20,000 bases of DNA from an uncultured virus (IMG/VR IMGVR_UViG_3300025314_001151) (lineage: Duplodnaviria > Heunggongvirae > Uroviricota > Caudoviricetes). The stretch is taken from the IMG/VR virus record IMGVR_UViG_3300025314_001151, one strand, 5' to 3'. The notes below the pieces were generated by a model. That model saw only the letters and a list, made by a program, of their open reading frames with translations, did no database searches and was not told the origin of the DNA. The first letter of the stretch is position 1. Each line of letters starts with the position of its first letter. A program made the position numbers and the translations under genes. Shown piece after piece: positions 16,563 through 20,000 of this stretch.

Positions 16563-17054
16563 AATAAGTTTAAATCTTTTTCTACCATCACATGCAGATT
16601 TTATTATTCTATGCATACCATCAATAATTGTAAATTCATAATCATCTTTCTTTGCAATAAAATTCAAAATTTTTATATCAATAGTTCCTTGACTTTTAAA
16701 TTCGTCAATTTGTCTTATGGTCACATCTTCAGAAATCTTTTTTAATGACCAATTATTTCTTTCAAGATAACAATTTACTTCTCTATTGACTTCTCCTACA
16801 TAAATATCAGAAATGCTAACATTGCTGATTCTCCAATTAGAAGGACCCTTAGATATAAAATCGTATACACAATTTCTTCTATAAGATGAAAAATATCTGC
16901 AAAGTTCTTTGACATGACCGTAATCTAGAGATATCACAAAATGTTCAAGGTCTATAATGCTATATTCTTTATTTTTTGACATCTCATCAAAAATATATTT
17001 TCTATAAACATCATCTTTCTGCATTTGGTTCATATCGATATTGATATTTTTCAA
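16554..17054 (-). CDS. Hypothetical protein with a C-terminal ParB/Srx-like motif
   Basis: FIAKKDDYEFTIIDGMHRIIKSACDGRKRF fits the ParB/Srx pattern (..IIDG.HR......G). The start may be ATG 17033 rather than TTG 17054. Confidence 0.6.
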   Translation of the reverse strand: MKNINIDMNQMQKDDVYRKYIFDEMSKNKEYSIIDLEHFVISLDYGHVKELCRYFSSYRRNCVYDFISKGPSNWRISNVSISDIYVGEVNREVNCYLERNNWSLKKISEDVTIRQIDEFKSQGTIDIKILNFIAKKDDYEFTIIDGMHRIIKSACDGRKRFKLIYY

Positions 17055-17067
17055 GTTTATTTACTAC

Positions 17068-17130
17068 ATTTATTTACTTATTTTATTTATTTACTTATTT
17101 TATTTATTTACTTATTTTATTTATTTACTT
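17068..17130. repeat. Perfect 17-bp tandem repeat, about 3.7 copies
   Basis: The unit atttatttacttatttt starts at 17068, 17085 and 17102, with a partial copy at 17119-17130. It overlaps the stop codon of 17125-17709. A degenerate copy (tttatttact) lies at 17056-17065. Confidence 0.95.
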
Positions 17131-17709
17131 TCGATATTTTATTGATTTAACAGAATCAAGAAATGATTTAAGAGATTCTACATCTTTTTCAGATGATAAT
17201 CCTTTCGTCCAACTTCTGAGAAAATCTTCTTTATATTCTTGCTTCACTCCTGAACGGCTATCTCTCTGTCTGACTGATCCACTATCTATGATATGCCATC
17301 TTTTTCCGTCATAAATTAAATTTTCACCAATTAAATCGTAAATATAGTGTCTAGAATTTATAAGGAATCCAATTAATTCTCTTAACGCTTTCAAAGATCT
17401 ACTCTTATATGAGAAGAATTCTGGATTCTTTTTTAAAATCTGGTCTAGGGTATTACCTTTGATATATGTCTTTAAAAGAGAACGACCATCATGATACCAA
17501 CTGACTTTGACCCTACTTACACCAAATTTTCTCCAGAATTTTGCATATTTTATCTCTTTCTTAAGAGATTCATGATGCCATTTATCATCAAATAATGGTT
17601 GTTTCCATATGAGTAATTTTCCATCAGTTTTTCTTTTTATTATTGATACCTTTGATCGTGCACCATGTCCACAATCCTGACGAATCATTCTAAATCTTTC
17701 CCTTCCCAT
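17125..17709 (-). CDS. Minimal protein-kinase-like fold protein (RIO/Bud32/Kdo-kinase-like)
   Basis: The kinase motifs appear in the expected order: Gly loop CGHGARSKV, beta3 Lys LIWK, alphaC Glu KKEIKY, catalytic loop IYDLIGENL (D..N) and DFG-like IIDSG. The protein is very K/R-rich. Confidence 0.7.
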   Translation of the reverse strand: MGRERFRMIRQDCGHGARSKVSIIKRKTDGKLLIWKQPLFDDKWHHESLKKEIKYAKFWRKFGVSRVKVSWYHDGRSLLKTYIKGNTLDQILKKNPEFFSYKSRSLKALRELIGFLINSRHYIYDLIGENLIYDGKRWHIIDSGSVRQRDSRSGVKQEYKEDFLRSWTKGLSSEKDVESLKSFLDSVKSIKYRK

Positions 17710-17760
17710 ATTATCACTTATGAATCTAATTATGAAATCTAATTCTATTGATTATTAGTC

Positions 17761-18966
17761 TCATATGAATCTTATTAAATTCTTATCGGCATATCTTTTA
17801 TATATTTCTATATGACATTTTGCAGTCTTTTCCCAACTAGTCTTTTCTGCATACTCTTTTGCTGCCAGACTTAGTCTTTCTGAATCTTCTAATGCATGTT
17901 TTATGCACCATTCCAATTTCGATTGATTTTTAAATTTCAGACAATTATAATTATGTCTAACGTCATTAAAATGTCTGATATCTGAACAAATTATAGGTCT
18001 ACCAGCACCTATAATACGGTGCATGGCTCCAGAAACTGAATAATGATCCTTTGTATTATAGTCAAATAATAATAAATCACTTGCCAAAGCATATAAATTT
18101 ACATCATTTTCTGTTAAAAATCTATTAATAAATGTAACATTTCTATCATTTTGTAAATATACAGAACTCATAAGACGATGTGGAGCACCAGAAATGATGA
18201 TATGTATACCAGTATTTCTAGCTGCATCAATTAGTCTTTGATAATTTTTATCTCCACTTTGAAATCCGAACACAAAGCCAATTGGCATATCAATTGTTAT
18301 GTTCAATAATCTTCTTGCTTCTTCTTTTTTAATCTCTGGAATTAGTGTAGATCCATGAGGCACTGTCCATATATCTTTAAATGTATTCATATCATGTCTT
18401 GCACATTCAGAATGGACTATGTGAGCTACAACATTATAATTAGATTCAAAATTTTTTATTGCTTCATTTATATTTTTAGATACAGTATGCCATGTAATTA
18501 TTAATTTTCCTTTCATTCTTGGAAGTTTTTCTATTATACCAAATTCATGTTGAAGATGAGACAATCCATCTTTAATCTTATGCTTTAATATACCATCATT
18601 AATAGGATTTACTCTGAATGAATTGGGAGCAATTTTATTAATATCATCCATCAAATATTTTGTATATGTGGCTATTCCACAATTCACATTCCATGTAGAT
18701 ATGAAAACTATCTTATCTGTTTCTATATTTGGAATTAGACCCTGTTCGATGCATTTTATAGCATCATCTTCTGACATACCCCACCACCACTTGCCATCTA
18801 ATCCGTGGTACCAATTCTTGCCAGAAGATTTGTTTCTATTGACAAATCGCTTGAAGTCGCTTAAGTTTCTTATGCCATGTTTGTCTTCTTTCTTTTTCTT
18901 CTCGTCTTTCTTTCTATTAGACTCATCCTTTCTATAATATTTTTCATTTTTCTTTCTATCAGACAT
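17761..18966 (-). CDS. GT-B fold glycosyltransferase (GT4-like) with a Lys-rich N-terminal tail, paralog of 15363-16496
   Basis: Blocks identical to the 15363 ORF: STWNVNCGIATYT, LQHEFGII, PIGFVFGFQSGDKNY and SVSGAMHRIIGAG. N-terminus MSDRKKNEKYYRKDESNRKKDEKKKKEDK. Confidence 0.82.
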   Translation of the reverse strand: MSDRKKNEKYYRKDESNRKKDEKKKKEDKHGIRNLSDFKRFVNRNKSSGKNWYHGLDGKWWWGMSEDDAIKCIEQGLIPNIETDKIVFISTWNVNCGIATYTKYLMDDINKIAPNSFRVNPINDGILKHKIKDGLSHLQHEFGIIEKLPRMKGKLIITWHTVSKNINEAIKNFESNYNVVAHIVHSECARHDMNTFKDIWTVPHGSTLIPEIKKEEARRLLNITIDMPIGFVFGFQSGDKNYQRLIDAARNTGIHIIISGAPHRLMSSVYLQNDRNVTFINRFLTENDVNLYALASDLLLFDYNTKDHYSVSGAMHRIIGAGRPIICSDIRHFNDVRHNYNCLKFKNQSKLEWCIKHALEDSERLSLAAKEYAEKTSWEKTAKCHIEIYKRYADKNLIRFI

Positions 18967-18976
18967 GTATATTGCC

Positions 18977-19747
18977 TTATTGATGCCTAATTCCGCCCTT
19001 CATTATATAGACGTTAGGATTTATTTTAATGGAAAATCCCTTTTTTCTTGCCTTTCTACAAAATCCAACATGTTCGCAATCTTTATCTCCATTGTATTTG
19101 ACATTAGCTTCTAATACTTTCCTCTTTATTAAATAACCTCCTCCTACACTATCTACATGTACTGGCTTGGTCAATTTTGAATATCCAATATAAGGATAAA
19201 AATGAGAAAATTGTGAACCATTTTTTCTAAATGCCCATGTATCATAGAATAGATATTTTCCATTTCTATTCTTATTCATTACTACTAAAGGGGCTGCTAT
19301 GTCTGCATTCGTATTTCTTAACATAGACACCAAATCACCTTTCCATCCATAATTTGCATCTATCATCAAAACTTCTGATACATCTGATATTGAAAGAGCA
19401 AAATCTATTAATATATTTCTCAATTCAGCAAAATATTTGGTTCTACCAGAACTCTTATCTTTAGGAAAACGAGGTTTTTTTCTATCTATTTTTTTTAATA
19501 CATAATCATCTCTTGAAGACAACCAATCTTGCAATTCTTCATAAGTGTTATCTACAGAATCGCCTTCTATAAATATATAAATTATATTGTGATAATTTTC
19601 TAATTTTTCACAACATGCAAAAAATTTTTTAAGATGACCATTACGTTCCTCATTTCTTATAATGGAAGCCACAGCTATTCTACTATGATTCTTAGACTCT
19701 CCAGTTGTTTTTTTCCTAGACTCCTCTTCTGACATATTCATCATCAC
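18977..19747 (-). CDS. GT-A fold glycosyltransferase, Anp1/Mnn9 (GT62)-like
   Basis: IIRNEE, FIEGDSVDNT, AELRN, LMIDAN, FYDTWAFR, VDSVGGGYLI and CEHVGFC..AR..G..I.INP. The exact start is uncertain (19747, 19744, 19741 or 19735). Confidence 0.72.
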   Translation of the reverse strand: MMMNMSEEESRKKTTGESKNHSRIAVASIIRNEERNGHLKKFFACCEKLENYHNIIYIFIEGDSVDNTYEELQDWLSSRDDYVLKKIDRKKPRFPKDKSSGRTKYFAELRNILIDFALSISDVSEVLMIDANYGWKGDLVSMLRNTNADIAAPLVVMNKNRNGKYLFYDTWAFRKNGSQFSHFYPYIGYSKLTKPVHVDSVGGGYLIKRKVLEANVKYNGDKDCEHVGFCRKARKKGFSIKINPNVYIMKGGIRHQ

Positions 19748-19792
19748 TTGCCAGAATTATTTTTAAATTATCAATGTGTTCATTATCAGCTT

Positions 19793-20000
19793 TTAATTTT
19801 TGGTCTCTATATCAGCTTTTATATCTTTTACATCATCAGTTTTGGTCTCTATATCAGCTTTTATATCTTTTATATCATCAGTTTTGGTCTCTATATCAGC
19901 TTTTATATCTTTTATATCATCAGTTTTGGTCTCTATATCAGCTTTTATATCTTTTATATCATCAGTTTTGGTCTCTATATCAGCTTTTATATCTTTTATA
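19793..20000 (-). CDS. 3' end of a protein terminating in 14-aa tandem repeats (TDDIKDIKADIETK)n; 5' part lies outside the window
   Basis: Not in the ORF track. Only one minus-strand frame stays open across the 42-bp array, and it ends ...TDDVKDIKADIETKN* at TAA 19793-19795, on the same strand as all other genes. Confidence 0.7.
   Translation of the reverse strand, partial: IKDIKADIETKTDDIKDIKADIETKTDDIKDIKADIETKTDDIKDIKADIETKTDDVKDIKADIETKN
19798..20000. repeat. Near-perfect 42-bp tandem repeat, at least 4.8 copies, continuing past the window edge
   Basis: Unit ttttggtctctatatcagcttttatatcttttatatcatcag. tggtctc recurs at 19801, 19843, 19885, 19927 and 19969, with a single t>c variant at 19831. 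Confidence 0.97.

Noticed and set aside
16554..17054. Plasmid or chromosome partition (ParAB/parS) system
   Set aside because: Only a short ParB/Srx-like motif is present. No HTH region, ParA ATPase or palindromic parS is visible, although the adjacent 17-bp array was considered.
493..18937. All plus-strand ORFs in the track (e.g. 2358-2678, 5066-5596, 6039-6443, 14264-14539, 18623-18937)
   Set aside because: They are antisense shadows of well-supported minus-strand genes, with Ser/Ile/Phe-rich composition and no recognisable motifs.
19798..20000. 42-bp, 54-bp and 17-bp repeats as a CRISPR array
   Set aside because: The units are head-to-tail with no unique spacers, and there are no cas-like genes in the window.

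Overview
AT-rich window (roughly one-third GC by eye) in which every credible gene lies on the minus strand. It forms one densely packed glycan-biosynthesis and tailoring cluster. Contents: the 5' end of rmlA, rmlB, a plant/giant-virus-type (NRS/ER, UER1-like) 3,5-epimerase/4-reductase, two extended SDR epimerases (one lacking the catalytic Tyr), a Gfo/Idh/MocA sugar dehydrogenase, a B12-binding radical SAM enzyme, two SAM methyltransferases, a pyruvyltransferase-family protein, about eight glycosyltransferases (including paralogous GT-A proteins without a DXD motif and a duplicated GT-B pair), a kinase-fold protein and a ParB/Srx-like protein. I see no transporter, flippase, polymerase or obviously membrane-spanning protein. 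Perfect tandem repeats occur between genes (54 bp, 17 bp) and inside genes (18 bp, 42 bp). Several 'intergenic' spacers translate into short, patchwork relics of deleted paralogs of neighbouring genes. A small ERIYIFP-motif protein family recurs up to three times in progressively decayed form. The single-strand layout, low GC, one GGTGAT-type ribosome-binding site and the tandem repeats suggest, by inference only, a large archaeal extrachromosomal element (Borg-like) or a large archaeal virus rather than an ordinary chromosomal envelope locus.
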